This document shows, one piece after another, positions 1 through 13,976 of a stretch of 64,000 nucleotides of DNA. The first letter of the stretch is position 1, and every line of letters begins with the position of its first letter. The notes beneath the pieces were generated by a model. That model worked only from the letters and a program-made list of their open reading frames with translations. It did not search any database and was not told the DNA's origin. This DNA comes from Gnetum montanum (lineage: Eukaryota > Plantae > Gnetophyta): contig MNCI01002843.1 in NCBI GenBank assembly GCA_015680685.1, forward strand, positions 1 through 64,000, read 5' to 3'. Made by a program: the position numbers and the translations under genes.

Positions 1-42
1 GAAGACGCGATATCGCGGCCTAGTGTAAACCGCGTCTCATCA
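1..42 (-). mobile_element. 5' terminus of a minus-strand Athila-like LTR (rest lies left of the window), nested inside the + strand LTR that follows
   Basis: GCGATATCGC palindrome, then ...CGTCTCATCA at 33-42, the same terminus as the solo LTR ending at 1570. Sequence from 43 resumes mid-LTR (TACGGCAATAAAGATG), matching the LTR interior at ~16971. Confidence 0.7.
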
Positions 43-641
43 TACGGCAATAAAGATGAGCTCTTTGATTCATCCTTGCAGCACTTGAGACTTATTTTCT
101 TACACATTTCTTTTATTTTATATTCTTATGCATTATTTTATTTTATTTTATTTTATGCACTTTACATTGTTGTTATTAGCACAACAATTCATTTTGATCA
201 ATTAAGAAAATCATTAAATTACACAAGCACGACCATTTCAAGCATGTGTGTAATGCTTGGTAACCCAGTAACGATTAGTGTTTGGTAATCCCAGCAGTGT
301 TACACTGGTTCAAGATGTGTACGGCAAGTGAGAACGGATGCTGGTGTTAGGATTAGTTAGAACTTAGTTAATGAGTAGTTAAGTTAAATTAGTCACCTAG
401 TTATCTCTCTCTTTCCCTATTAGCACAAGACATAAAACATAAAAGATATAAAAATCATATGCCTCAAGCTTACTTAACTATACAATCGTGACATACAAGT
501 AAGTTTGAGAAGACAACGATTAATCAACTCATCCTTGTTCCACAAGGGCGCATAAGCACTTAGTCCTTGGAATTCGACCAGATCATGCATAAAACGCTCA
601 TATTCGTATGGTTGAGCGTAGGGGTACCTCGCCACTCATCA
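43..641 (+). mobile_element. Distal part of an Athila-like LTR (3' or solo LTR)
   Basis: Colinear with LTRs 16666-17527 and 60486-61291. Ends GGTTGAGCGTAGGGGTACCTCGCCACTCATCA at 641. No PBS follows. Confidence 0.9.
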
Positions 642-771
642 CCTGTTGTCTCTCTTAGGTCTTCTAATGGACTAGCTTCTTTACCCATAGCTATCTATGA
701 TGTGAGAACCCCTTGTATATTTGACACAACTAAACACTATTGTGCATCACTTTGGGGATGCCTTAGCAAAT

Positions 772-1570
772 TGATGAGTGGTGAGGTACCCCTACACTCA
801 ACCATACGGAACAAGCATAGCACACGCGATTCAGTCGAACTCTATAGACTAAATGCCTATGTGCCCCATGGAATACGTGGGGTTAATCATTCGTTGTCTT
901 CCTAGACTTACTTGTTGTTATCACGGTGTATGGTTAAGTAAGTCCGAGATATGTGATTTTTTTGGTCTTTTTTGGTTTTTCTCCTATGCTGCTATCGAAG
1001 TGAATTGTTGAGAGAACTAACTAAGTCTAACTAATGACTAAGTCTAAATTAACTAGCGTCAGCATCCGTTCCCACTTACCGTACACACCCTAAACTATGC
1101 AACTGTGGCTACCAAACGCTAATCGTTACTGGGATCACCACACGTAACGCACGTGCTCGAAGTGGTCGTACTGAGGCACTTAACTGGCCTAAACGTGATG
1201 AGCAGCCGATTCCTTGACTAGCTGTACACATCCGTAGATGCTCGTAATCAAGGCGTACTCATCCCGCNAATAACAGGTAGGAAATAACATGTAATAAACC
1301 TATTCCATGCACTGCAAGGTTTATCCACAAAGCTCGTCTTTATTGCCATACACAACTTGTGTTCAGGTACAAAGCTACTCGAATAAAGATCCATTCACTT
1401 GGGGACTCCTACTACGAGCACATGGAAAATATTCTATCTCTAGAGTGATCAAACTGCCAGAGTTTCCCTACTTTTAACCTAGGATGGGAAATAAGGGGAG
1501 TGTTGTCTTTTATTTATAGATTTGGCGGTGGACCGCAATATTGCGGTGCATGCGATATCGCGTCTCATCA
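772..1570 (-). mobile_element. Solo LTR of the Athila-like family
   Basis: TGATG...CATCA termini, reverse complement of the family LTR, perfect 5-bp TSD CAAAT at 767-771 and 1571-1575. Confidence 0.95.
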
Positions 1571-3495
1571 CAAATCCTTGCTTATCTATTAGAACAATTA
1601 AGCCTTCTTTCTTTGCATACTACATTTAAGCAATGTCATCACATTCATTTACTTTAAAAATAAAATTTGTTTCATGCTATATTTAAAATATTTGTGAAAT
1701 AAAATACATTGAAATTAAAAAAAGTTAACCTTAACATTTACCTTGTATAGCTCACTATCATCTATGTATTAAAACTTTTCCTAACTTCTTCGAAACCGAA
1801 CTGAAAGATGTAGCATGCCTTAACAAGCAAGGTATAATCATTTACACTCCATTAGGATAAAATACACCTAGGTTGACGATCTTAGAGACAATGAGTGTGA
1901 GGTGATTCCTATTACTAACCATTTTGACATATTACATTCTATACCACTTGCGAAAAACAATAAATAATACTCTACATCTACACTAATTTCCAACACCTCA
2001 CGGAACCCATCCGTATTATATTTTTATTTTTATCTTCATTCAATTTTCAAAAGCCTCTGGGAATCCCATTTCCAAGCAACCAAGAACGTGTCCTTACTCA
2101 TCACATTTACACTTTTAAAAACCAATTTTTTAAGGCATTTTAAAAGGCAGGTTAAATTATCGCAAAATAGGAAATAAACAAACGGAAAATTACTGCACCC
2201 TTAGTTTACCAAATCTGAGCACAGCGAGAAACAGAACTTCAAAAAACAACCGTGGCCGAATCTTCCAGAAAACGTAAGGAACTTTATAAAATCGTAATCA
2301 TTTTCCAAAAAGCTCATCCATTGCACCGACAGATGCAGCGATGCCAGGTGTGAGCCGTCCTAATTACTGGAAAGCGACATTGGCAACTTTGTTGCTGCCT
2401 TACCATTTGAAAAACTTTGTGGATCCTTCAAAATTTCGCCGTCCACGATTTCTTTTAATGAAATCATTCCTTTCAAAAGTCTTTGACTGATAATTAATCG
2501 CCTGAAAGTTGAATGAACGAGGAATCAGCCTCTACCAGAGTCCGAATTCACAAGATTGTGGGTCGGTTTCGCTCTCACAATCTCGGTGGAATTGTTAAAT
2601 ATTTGTTTTGGGAAATCACACAGCTTGAAGGGTTGAAGGAAGAAATTAGAAATGACATTTTAATTTGAAAATTTAACCACATCAACTACCAGTAATGAAG
2701 CGACAAGTGTGATAAAAGTGTAATGGGTTCTGTCAGCAAAAAGTTGCAGGCAAAAACCATCAAACTTTGCCCAAAAACTGGAAACCAGACATCCGCATCC
2801 TTGATTAAGAAGCTACAACGTCTTGCACGTCCTTTCTATCCCATCAAACAAATCCAGCCCAACGTCTCTTAATGATCATAGAATAAGATCAAATCCAAAG
2901 TACACAGGCGCATCAGTTAATTTTTCGTGAAGACATTTTACATTAGTTGCATGTACATATAAGAGCCTGACAGGTGTTTTGTTCCTAAGTAACTCAGATT
3001 CGGGGTCCGACACCGCCCCCCAGATTCAAACATTTGTGAAAAATACTCCTACATATAAGAAGATTCATGCTCCTAAACAGTACAACTTATGGGCAGGTAC
3101 TACTGTTGCTGTTGAATAATTACAAAACACGCAAAAATCAAACCGTAGGATATTGTAGTTGCAGTCACGTGGTTTTCCATCATCAAGACTGCTTCTTATT
3201 TGTTATCTGCTTTCGGATTTCTTTTCTAAGGCCTGGTTTGAGTTCTGAGATTTCTAGCTTTGGTGACCAAAACCCCCAAAATGACTCCAGGCAAAAGGAG
3301 CATTTTCCTGTGTTTTTGACCCTTTTGTTGTTATGGGTCAATGGGATTTTAGCAGCAGGTTTGAAAGAGTTTTCATGCAAATTTTGCTTAGCAGAGTTTG
3401 TATCTGAGATTTTTTTCTTGAATGTATTGGCAAATGAAAAATCTGTAAGTGAGATTCACAACTTTGAAATGTTTGCATGCGTTTGTTCGGAGCAG

Positions 3496-6400
3496 ACCAA
3501 ACGGTGCAGAAAAACAGTTCGCTGATTCTGGCAGCAAACAGAACACACAGAAGAGACCCTCTTGATCATTTCAAGCGTTACGCAAGGGGATGGAACATTA
3601 CCAATCTACATTACTGGACTGTAAGTGATAATAATAGCCAAGAAAACCCCTGTTTTCTTTTTCTTTTTAAAGAAAATTTAACATTGGCATATTGATAATA
3701 TATTTGTAATTTTCGTATTGTCTTAAAAAATTTGTCTTTGGGCATTTTCAGTCTGTGGGTTTTACTGCTGCACCATATTTTGGGATTGCAATTGCCTGGT
3801 TTGCACTGTTTGGAATACTGATTTACCACTTCTGTAAGAAACGGGTTGATGTCACACTGCATCCTCATGCCCACACCATTTCGCTTATCTTGTTAATAAT
3901 CTGTACATGTGGTGGAATGTAAGCACTCATTTTTTTATACCGTTTCGTATGTCTTTTTGAACTGATTTTAAAAATTAGCATCCTGTAGTAAAGAATTGAT
4001 GGTAGCAAGTAATTCTCAGTGGGTTCCCTTCTGTTTATTTTCAAACGTTTCAAATTTATTTTCTAAAGAAAGTTTTAGGGGATAATTGCATGGAATTTTT
4101 TTTAGTATTTAAAATCAAAGGTTATATAAATTGGAACTTTACCCTAGATGTTTAAGGTCTTTATCTCTTTCTCTTAACGTAAACTGCGGAGAGTTTTTTC
4201 TGGGTTGGAAGAAGCGACCATAAGCGTGTTTGATTTTTCTCTCTTTCTGGTATTACTTATGATGTGTTTCTTCACCTATTATCTTTTGTATTTTTAATAA
4301 GCTTGTTTTCCAACCTTTCCTTTGAACTTCAGTTACTTAAAGTACTGTAACTGAGGATGTGAAACAAATATTGTTTTTTCATTTAAGCTGTTAGAGAACC
4401 AAACTCATAGTTCTATCTTGCAATAAATGAATATCAACTTTCTGGCTACAATCAGATGATCCCATATCCATAGTTCTATCTTGCAATAAATGAACATCAA
4501 CTTTCTGGTTACAATCATATGATTACATATGCCAATGTTTTTTCTTTGTTTTTTAAGTTTCTGTTTATTTAACTCTGTTTAATTCTCACTTTAATGTTGA
4601 TTGCAGAATTCAAACGTCTAACATTTTATTATTAATAAAATCTTTTGCTTACCTTTTTAAAAAAAATGCAGAGCTGGAAGTATGATCCTTTATAACTGAC
4701 AAGGACAGTTTAATCGTAGCATAACTCATACTCGGGATTTTGTTGTGAGAGAAGCTGAAAGTATAGTTCAAAATCTGAGAAATGTAACAGATATAATATC
4801 TCTTGCATTGGTGAATGAAATCGATTGTTTTCCTCCCTGTAACTCAGCAGCAAAGAGTTGTTGAAAAATGCAGCTAATACCCTTGAATCAAAGACAAAAT
4901 GATAATTCTCATAAGATTTAAAAAGTTCTTAATGCTGTGTATGTACCTTTGTCCCTCTGTACTAATAGTATATTGGAATATAGTATAATTTACTCTAAAT
5001 GACTTTTTTGTTGCAGGCATGTGGCCTTAATATGTCTTGCTGCATTGATGTTGACTTTGGCTTTTGCTGGATTTAGTATGATTCTCATGATCCTCCTTTC
5101 TCCAACTCAATATTTGAATTTTTAAATTTAGTTTACTTTTACATTTGCCATGTCTTATATTATTATTTTGTTGCTTTCAAGTAGAATCACTACGCAGATT
5201 GAAACCTTTGGTATACAGGTAAGTGAAAGTACACAAATTATAAAAATATTTGAACTTCTAATATGCTACTGATCTTATATTTAGGAAACTTGCTGGAATC
5301 ATGTTTCTGATTGTCATGATCTTATGCTTTGCTCTCCATCTTCGTCCTTATTGCATGGATGCTAGTAACAGCAACATTTATTGTCAGTGGTATATTTCTT
5401 CTACTTACCAAGTAAGTTTTTTAACATCCTTCCTTCAATTTGTATCTGCATACACCATCATTTTTTTTTTATAAAATCGACATCTCCAAATCTATATTGG
5501 CTGGCTCAGTGAAAAGATAATTCCATTTACAAAAGAACCAACATATCATCATTATCAGCTTTTGCTTTTACCCTTTAACAATAGTACTTGTAGTTTTAAA
5601 ACCCTTGTAAGCTTACATAAACCATAACAGTCAACAATGTCTATGAATATTTTTGAACATTTTATCATTTATTATATTTAATATCCTAGAGGAATTCAAA
5701 CTATAAAAGTGTGATATTCACCTTGATATTCTGCATGGAAATTCCTGATATTGTTATCATTATTTTCCAAGTTAGAATCAAACCATGTTTTCCCTTGTAA
5801 GCACGATGGTCACAGTTTTGTGAGTTCTGTGTCTTTTCTGTTTTGAATGATGGAATGCAATCTTGAAGATGTGAACCTTATTAGTGCTAAGTTTCAGCTG
5901 CAAATTATTTGAATGAATGCTTTTTCCTCTATAATCATCGTTGTTTCTACCTATAGTTGAGGGCTATCCTGTAGGTATACTATGTGCTATCTTGGTTCTT
6001 GAAGATTTCCTTAGTTTCATTTAACAGTTTTTTTCTCTTTGGTAGTGTCATTGAGCTTCTAAAAAGAGCTTAATGTTGTTGAGAATATTTAGAATGATTG
6101 AATGTAGTATTAAATTGATAGTCACATGAAATTTTCTGTTGAGTGTTACCATGTATTAGATCCTGGAAATGTTAAACCTTTTTACTTTATTTTCTTGCTT
6201 AAGTTGAACATTGGTTGTCTGAGCTCTAGTCTCTTGATCTTGAATTTTTCCAGATATGATTGGGCTTTTTATTCCTGATTTGAAATAGTTAACTTTTATC
6301 TTCAAAAGCGCATAAGCACTGTTGACAATTCTTATGTTAGGGATATTGATTTAGGACACTTGTGACTGTTATATACATTATGTTTTGTGGTGCACTTATA

Positions 6401-8566
6401 GTGCAATCTCCAAGACTGGTTTATGGTTGCTGTCTCAAGGTTTTCATTGCAATGTTGAATTTTATTTGGTGCTTCTTGTGTATATTACTGCCTGTTTAGG
6501 ATTTTCATTTATTTTTAGCCAAAATGGTTGTAATTTTCTTTTGCAACAGGATTCTTTTGTTACAGGCTTAAGATGTTTCTGTTTTGTTGGTTATTTATCA
6601 TATCTGTGACAAAGGAACTTCATATGATGAAGTTTTTAATGATAACCATTATTGTTGCACATGAACCTTAAGTGATCTGTTTGTTCTGATTGAATTTTTT
6701 GTGACTGAAAATGTCATATTATTATTGCATTGTTCTTGTGGTTGGGCTTTTTTCACATATTGAGAAGCAGTCATTTGCATTTAAAACATTAACGATAATC
6801 ATTATCATTGTCTTTATGTCATTAGAACTCGTATAACTGAGTTGGCCGATATCTCAGTATAACTATGCAGATATTGAATCCTTGTGATGCAAGCCACAAG
6901 CCCTACCAACACGCCACACTTTGTTAACCAAAACAAAAGTGTTTGTTTAATAAAAACATGCGTGCACCATATCCATAAGAATTATTAAACAGAGATATCT
7001 GGGAAAGACTTTTTCTGGTATTTAAAATATCAATTTCTCTTTTCAAATTCTAAGTAAGCATCTTAAGTTGCTTTGACAGGACATTGCCAAGCACAAAGCA
7101 ATGGTCTATATCTAGTAAAAACAATGTGCTTTACCTATTACTAAAAAATGATAAGGTAATTTTTCGGTCTTAAAGTGATTTCTTTCTGTACAGATCATAT
7201 GCTAGCTATTGGAATTTTTATTATATTTTCATTATGAATTTTTTATCCATTCCAGACTAGTTTTGTACAGGACATTACAATTTCAAGTAGACTAAACATT
7301 AAAGTGCCATTCTATAGTACAAAGAGTTTGAAAATGCAAGTTCTATATGACAGTAATGGACTCGGTGGTTTTTTCCTTTAACACTATGTTGTACCTTTGG
7401 CAAATTTTGTAGAAAGCATTTAATGGTGCTTCTCATTACTATTTTAGCAGAAACTCTGGTAATTCGTTCCACAAAAAGGTTCCATATGCTTCTGACAAAT
7501 AAAGCAACTCCTGATGTCAAAGGCATTTGTTGAATCTTTTTATAGTAAAAAATTGGTATTCTAGCAGCATTCCTTGTAGGAATTTGAAAATGCTGAAGAT
7601 GACACTGTTTGCATTCTAATTTTTATGTATATGCCATCTGGTATCTGTCAGCGTTCGGTGTGATAACAAAATCTTTAAAACCACTATTTGATGCATTGAA
7701 TCTAAAATGTCTTTTGTCAAGAATAGATTATTAGCAGCTTATTTTACATTGGTTTGTCTATGAATGAACCAATGTTGTTGGGGATACCTGCATTTCTATG
7801 GAACAATGGGTTGCACATCCTTATGCAGATACTTCCCTTTATGAAATTTTGCCCTGTGTAGATGTTGATACTGCCAAGCAATTTTTAACCCAAAGCAAAC
7901 AAGTGACCAACAAAGTAGTGGATGTAATAAACCTTGTAGTAACCTCAATTTTCAACTCTGACCGGCTGGGATCTGGCATAATTAGTTATAATCAATCAGG
8001 ACCAGCAATGCCTCTTCTTTGTAATCCTTATACATCTCAGTTGGAAGACTGAAACTGTACTAGTGGAGAAGTCAGCCTTGAAGATGCTTCTCAGGTTAGT
8101 GAAATTTTTGCTTGTGCATGATTTTTAAATAAGTGGTCTAATCTATATACAGTCCAAAGATCTTACCAATTGGTTTCCTCAGATGTAGAAGAACTACACG
8201 TGCTTTGTTTCATCTTCTGGTAATTGTATCACAAGTGGAAGAGTGAGTCCTGAAATATACAATGAACTTACTTTGGCAGTTGAGATTAGCTATGGCTTGT
8301 ATAAATATGCTCCATTTCTGATAAATCTGGAGGACTGTACATTTGTGAGAGATGCCTTTACAAGTATAACAACCAAATACTACCCTGAACTTTGCAAGCA
8401 GCTACGGTGGGTTTACATTGGTTTGACATGTGTGGGCACTGGAATTTTGTTGTCAATTGTTTTTTGGGTTACTTATAGCAAGCAACGCACTAGGAGCATT
8501 CAAGTTGGAAATGGGCTCAGTTCATTGTGGGGACTAGGTAAAGAGAAGTTGAGTAGATATGCTTAA
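3496..8566 (+). pseudogene. Pseudogene copy 1 of a plant multi-pass membrane protein (At2g12400/At1g71110-like, DDB_G0292058-like family)
   Basis: Exons ~3496-3620, 3752-3918, 4672-4938, 5017-5075, 5182-5218, 5340-5411, 7773-8094, 8183-8566. Motifs SSLILAANRTHRRDPLDHFKRY..GWNITNLHYW|SVGFTA, DTCISMEQWVAHP..LPCVD, YNQSGPAMPLLCNPY, LEDCTFVRDAF. Lesions: TGA 4697-4699, exon-3 frameshift, TGA 8050-8052, TGG>TAG at start of last exon, acceptors mutated at ~5339 and ~7772. A possible signal-peptide exon at ~3170-3290 is unresolved. Confidence 0.88.
4406..4531. repeat. 63-bp tandem duplication in an intron of pseudogene copy 1
   Basis: CATAGTTCTATCTTGCAATAAATGAA... starts at 4406 and again at 4469. 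Single copy at the homologous site of copy 2 (~49150). Confidence 0.9.
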
Positions 8567-9263
8567 AAAGAATTACAACCTGTTGTATTATTTATGCTCT
8601 AATGTGTGTATATTTATAAATCTATATTGTGATGCCATGATTGTTTATTTAAACTCAATTTCGCCCATTTTGAAGCTGGTGCGGTTTTTTCTCAGACCAT
8701 TTGAATGTGTTTACAGAAGCTTGCACAGAATAGGTACAGATGGTTTTGTGCTGTAATTAACAAAGGATTTTGGAAGATTTATATTTATTTTAAGTTGCGA
8801 ATTTTTCATATTCAGTTCTCAGCCAACTACTTAACATCTCTGCTCTCTTGTAACTTGTAGGTAATAATTTTCAAGGTTAAGCCCGATTCTGCTTAGAGAC
8901 CTATTTCATAATTTGTCTTGGGAAAAAAATTTCTGAGATGCATTGACTTATATTTTATTTGAGACCAAGTTTGAAGAACATTTAGGGCTACTTCTGTACG
9001 CTAAAAGCAAATAGGTTTTATTGTAGTTAGTGATGACATTGATAATAAATTTCATCATAAAGCATAAAGAGTGCTTGCAAAGGGAAATTTGTTCTTTTAT
9101 ACTGAGTCTGCCTATAATGACAAGCTTGAGAAGCTTGTTTGTCTCCCGTAATCGTTTTTTAAAATGCTTACGAGCAAAATGTATGTTTGCAATAATGTAC
9201 TAGTACTGTGTCTCATTACTTATCCACTATGGGCATGAGAAACACAATTTCTTTGGTCAATTG

Positions 9264-9691
9264 TGTTATGAAATTAATTAAATCTGCAAATTGAAATAAC
9301 AAAGACAACAAAATAAATATACGTGGAAATGCCAAAGTGGAGATGGAACCAATGCAAGGCTTTTCTGTTATTTGGAAAAAATATCCCAAAGACAATTTGT
9401 TTTTGATAGTTCTCACAGCTTCTTGTTGCCATGATACTATTTAAGTCTTTACTTTCACACTTTGTTGTTGTGGTTCTTAACACATATTTCTACCCTTAAT
9501 TATAACAGAAAATAATAGTTTTTTTTAATTACAAACTTTAAATAATTTTAAAAATTGCTAATTATATCTCAAGAAGAGAATTCTTCACATTAGAGAAAGT
9601 TATGAAGGACATACCTTAAATCAATAAAAAATAGAGAAAGAGTTTTCTTCACATTGATTGATAGTTAACAATTCTTAAATTTTTACATTAA
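9264..9691 (-). repeat. Copia 3' LTR
   Basis: Starts TGTTATGAAATTAATTAAATC on + and aligns with 13977-14431. Confidence 0.88.
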
Positions 9692-9950
9692 CTGCTTCTA
9701 CCACTTGAAGAAAAATCTGACAAATCTTCACATTAGAGTTGCATTGGTTTCAAGTTGCATTTTTACATCTCTTATTCTAAGCTATTTTGTGCAAAAAAAA
9801 AACATGCACATCATTTGCCACTACTTCAGGGAATGCATTCACAACATTTTTCTTCATGCTAATTTTCTGCAAATTAATTAAACCTTCTTCAAGAGCATTT
9901 CTAATAAAATGATATTTAATATCAATATGTTTTGTTTTGTTATGATATGC

Positions 9951-10298
9951 GAGGCCGATACATGTTTCAAGCAATACAAGAAACACAAACACCTGTCTCA
10001 CTTCGAGGTCGTGGACCTGAGCCTTTATTTTCGCTTGTTGACCTTCAGGTCGAAGTGAGGTGTGCCTCTTCGGGTGGTCCCTACGAGGTGGGTTACTCCT
10101 GCATCTACGGGTACGGCAGCAAGAAGGGGTAAGGTCAAACCTTACCAACTCCCCTTCCTCCTGTGGCACAAGCAAAGAATCCTGTTCTTTGTTGGGTAAC
10201 CAACAAATCAAGTAAAAAGTCAAATATTAGTTGGGTAACCAACACGCATGTAATGACGGTTATGACGTATGTCACCACCGACAGCCTCTGGCGAGGTG
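9951..10298. other. ~350-bp GC-richer, hairpin-rich insertion of unknown origin inside the copia RNase H
   Basis: Splits the RNase H motif SALHLARNS / AYHNKTKHIDI. Contains several inverted repeats (see findings). Confidence 0.85.
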
Positions 10299-13200
10299 GG
10301 AATTTCTTGCTAGATGTAAAGCACTTTGGTTGTTGTAGAAAATTTGATAATTGTCTTGCTTTACACCAAGAAATTGTAAAAATCTTCACAACGATAACAT
10401 CTCCTTACATGCTTTTATCAACACCACATATTTAGATTTTGTAATTGAGAAAGTTGTTAGAGCTTGAAGTTTTGACATCTAGCTTATTGCAGCATTACTT
10501 AAAACAAAAGCATAAGTTGTAGTTAAATGTTTGGTATCTAAATCAACTGCAAAATTTGCATCCACATAATCACAAATATTCAAATCATTATTTTCAAAAC
10601 ATAAATAGGCAGATTGAGTTCCCTTTAAGTATCAAAGAATCCATTTTATAGCAAGCCAAAGGTTCCAACCATAATTATTTCTATATCTACTAACAATATT
10701 AATTGTTTATGCTATACTTGGATGAGTGCATACCATAACATACATTAAAGAGCCAATACCGGAAGTATATAATATCTTTTACTTTCACAATTTCTTTTTA
10801 TAGTACTAGGATAGTCTTTCTTAGATTATTGAAAATGATAAGCCAAAGGAGCACTTACAAGTTATGCTTTTGACATATTAAAATGTTCTAACACTTTTCC
10901 AATATACTTATTTTGACTAAGCCACAAATTTTTCTACTTTCCATCTATGCAAATATGCATTCCAAGGATTTTTTTAGCCTATTCCAAATCGTTCATAGCA
11001 AACTATTCACTCATCTCAATGTTAAGTTGTTTTATTTTTGATATATCATTCCCTGCAATTAGCATATCATCTACATACAATAGTAAAATTACAAATTTAT
11101 TTTTCACTTGAGAAATAAACACAATGATCAAGATCACTCCTACAATAACCTATTTCATGCATAAAAGAATAAATTTTTTATACCATTGTCTAGAAACTTG
11201 TTTTAAACCATATAAACATTTCTTCAAGTGATGCATTGTGAGGTTTAGTTTGATGAACAAATCCTTTTAGTTGATGTATATATATTTCTTCATTTAAATC
11301 GCCATGTAGAAAAGTTGTTTTACCATCTTATTATTCTAACTCCAAATCTAAACAACCAATGAAAGAACAATTTGAATAGAAGAATCCTTAACAATGGGAG
11401 AAAAAATTTCTGTAAAATCAATTCCTAGTTTTTGATTGTAACCTTTAGCTACTAATGTAGCTTTATAAAGATTCCTCCCATTTACCTCATTCTTTAAAGT
11501 AAAAATCCATCTATTTTCAAGTGCTTTACATGCCTTGGGTAATTCCATCAATTCCCAAGTTATATTCTATTGGAATGAATTCCATTCCCTTTTCATAGTT
11601 CCTTTCCATCAAGATTAGCAAGAGCTTCTTTCACCATTTTAGGTTCACCACAATCTGTATAAAGAATATAATCTTTAAATCTAGCAAGAGGATGTATTAT
11701 TCTGCTTGAATGTCTTCCCCCATGTGATGTATTTTTTACAAGATTTTCCTCATTAGTTTCTTTTCCTCATCTTCATTTGAAAATTCTGGGATGTTTTGGT
11801 TTGCCACTTGCTCTTGTATTATATCTTCTTTAAATTGCAAAACAAATATAGGAACTTGCTGTGTAATAGAATTAGAAAATTTTTTCCATTAAAAATCATA
11901 AAACATCACATTTTCTTGAAATTTTACATCTCGTGATCTTACAAAATGCTTTGCCTGAGGATACCATAATTTGAAACCCAATTCATCACTACTATAACCC
12001 ACAAAAATACATTTTTTGATTTATCATCAAATTTAGATATGTTTTTCTTTTGTATATGCATGTAAGCAACACATCCAACAACTTTTAAATGATTATAAAA
12101 AACATGTCTCCCGCTCCACAAAGACTATGATACTTCATTATTTAAAGAGGAATGTGGTGATCTATTAATTAAATAAATAGCAATCATAATAGCCATAGAC
12201 CAAAAACTTTTAGGCAAACTTGCACCAATAATTATAGATCTTGCATGTTCAACCAACATTCTATTGCATCTTTTTACTACTACATTTTCTTGTGGAGTTC
12301 TAGGAGGAGGACAAATATGCCGAATTCCTTATTCTCTGCAAAACTCAAAACTCACTGAATGCATTTGAAGTATATTCACCACCATTATCAATAAGCAAAC
12401 ATTTCAACTCTAAGCCTATTTATGTTTCTATTTTAGCAATAAAGGACTTAAAAATATTTAAAATATTATTTTTGGACTTCATTGGAAATACCCATACTTT
12501 CCATGTATAATCATCAATGAAAGTAACAAAATATAGTGAAGCACTTAATGATGCTGAATTTATTAAACCACAAACATCAGAATAAATAAGCTCCAATTTA
12601 TTAGCTTATCTACATCCCATATTTTTAAGAAAATTTATCCTTTTTTATTTACCAACAGCACAATCTTTGCAAAATTATGTGTAGCTTACTACAAATCTGG
12701 GAATGCAAGAATGAGATTGAAGTACCTTAAAATAGAATAACTGATATGGCCCAATCGTTTATGTCATAAATTAGTATCCTCCCCTATAGCAACTATAGCT
12801 ACAGAATCATCATGCAAACATATATCAGCTCCTAAAGTATACATTGTGCCAATCTTTTTACCCTTCAAAATTGTTAAAATGCCCTTGGTAATTTTCCACT
12901 AATTATTTTCACATGAAAAATTTAAACCCAAATCATCAAGTTGAGAAACAAAAATAAGTTTTTTAAAAACTTCAGGAACATGCCTAACATTATTAAGAGT
13001 GATTTTAGGCAAACCAGGCTATTGTAAAACAACACTTCCTATACCCGCAATTTTTAAAGGAACACCATTAGCAACATACGCAACACCTAATAAAATTGGC
13101 TAAAGAAAATACTGTAGATGATTTAGATACAATAAAATCAAAAGCAAGCTCACCCTCTCTATGATTTATTTGTAGACTTGCACTACTTTTTGATTTTCCT

Positions 13201-13962
13201 AACTTTGTTTTTCTCCTTCTATTTCAGTGATGCTTTCCACACTTTGTAACCACGATAGTCCCTTTTCATGTGACCAATTTTGCGGCGAAACCAGCATTCA
13301 TTCCTTCTTTTAGGTATTTCTCTACTTTTACTCCTTTCCATACTTTGATTAGGTCCCCTACTTTGATCACATTTATTAGATCTCCCTCTATTTGAAACTA
13401 TAAAAGAATTACCTAATGATTGACCTTGTTCTTTAGGTAATCTTTTTTTTGCATCCTAAACAGTAGAAATTAGAAATATTACGGGTACTCATAGAGGTAG
13501 TAATAGTTGTAATAATTGGATTCCAAGATTTAGGTAAAGAATTCAAAACAATATAACACTTCACTAGCTCTAGAATTATTACTTTTAAATTCTTCAAATT
13601 TAACAAAAACAGTGATCATATCATCTAGATGATCTTGCAAAGACACCTTCTTTCATCTTTGCATTAAAAACCTTTTGATAAATATGAAACTGATTCAAAC
13701 CTAAAGCTTTAGCCAAAGAACATGAGGATCATTTTCATTAGAAAGAGATGCTAAAATTTTGTTGCTCAAATAGGGATAGATTAGCATTAGTGCTTTTGCT
13801 TGCAACTTTTTCTTGTCATCATCTAACATCTTTGTAGGTTTTGAAGGTTGCAGAGCCTCATCACACTCCTTTTGTGCCAAGATATCTTTCATTAGCACAC
13901 TCCATATGTTCTAATTTTGACCAATATGCTTGTTTGTTGTCTATAACCACTCCATCAACCTC

Positions 13963-13974
13963 GCTCTGATACCA
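13963..13974 (-). promoter_or_regulatory. Primer-binding site, tRNA-iMet
   Basis: Minus strand reads TGGTATCAGAGC next to the LTR end. Confidence 0.95.
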
Positions 13975-13976
13975 CT

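Noticed and set aside
2230-2650. GC-richer patch with a possible minus-strand exon (donor near 2400)
   Set aside because: No recognisable protein similarity or partner exons; could simply be promoter-region sequence.
3067-3525. 152-aa ORF as an independent gene
   Set aside because: It runs through the intron and acceptor region of pseudogene copy 1 out of frame with the conserved exon and has no recognisable domain.
9777-10223. 148-aa ORF joining novel sequence to an RNase H tail
   Set aside because: Chance fusion of the 350-bp insert with the copia RNase H end; no credible start context.
9951-10298. Retrozyme/hammerhead or Cassandra 5S-like identity for the insert
   Set aside because: No CTGANGA...GAAA core on either strand and no recognisable 5S boxes or LTR termini.
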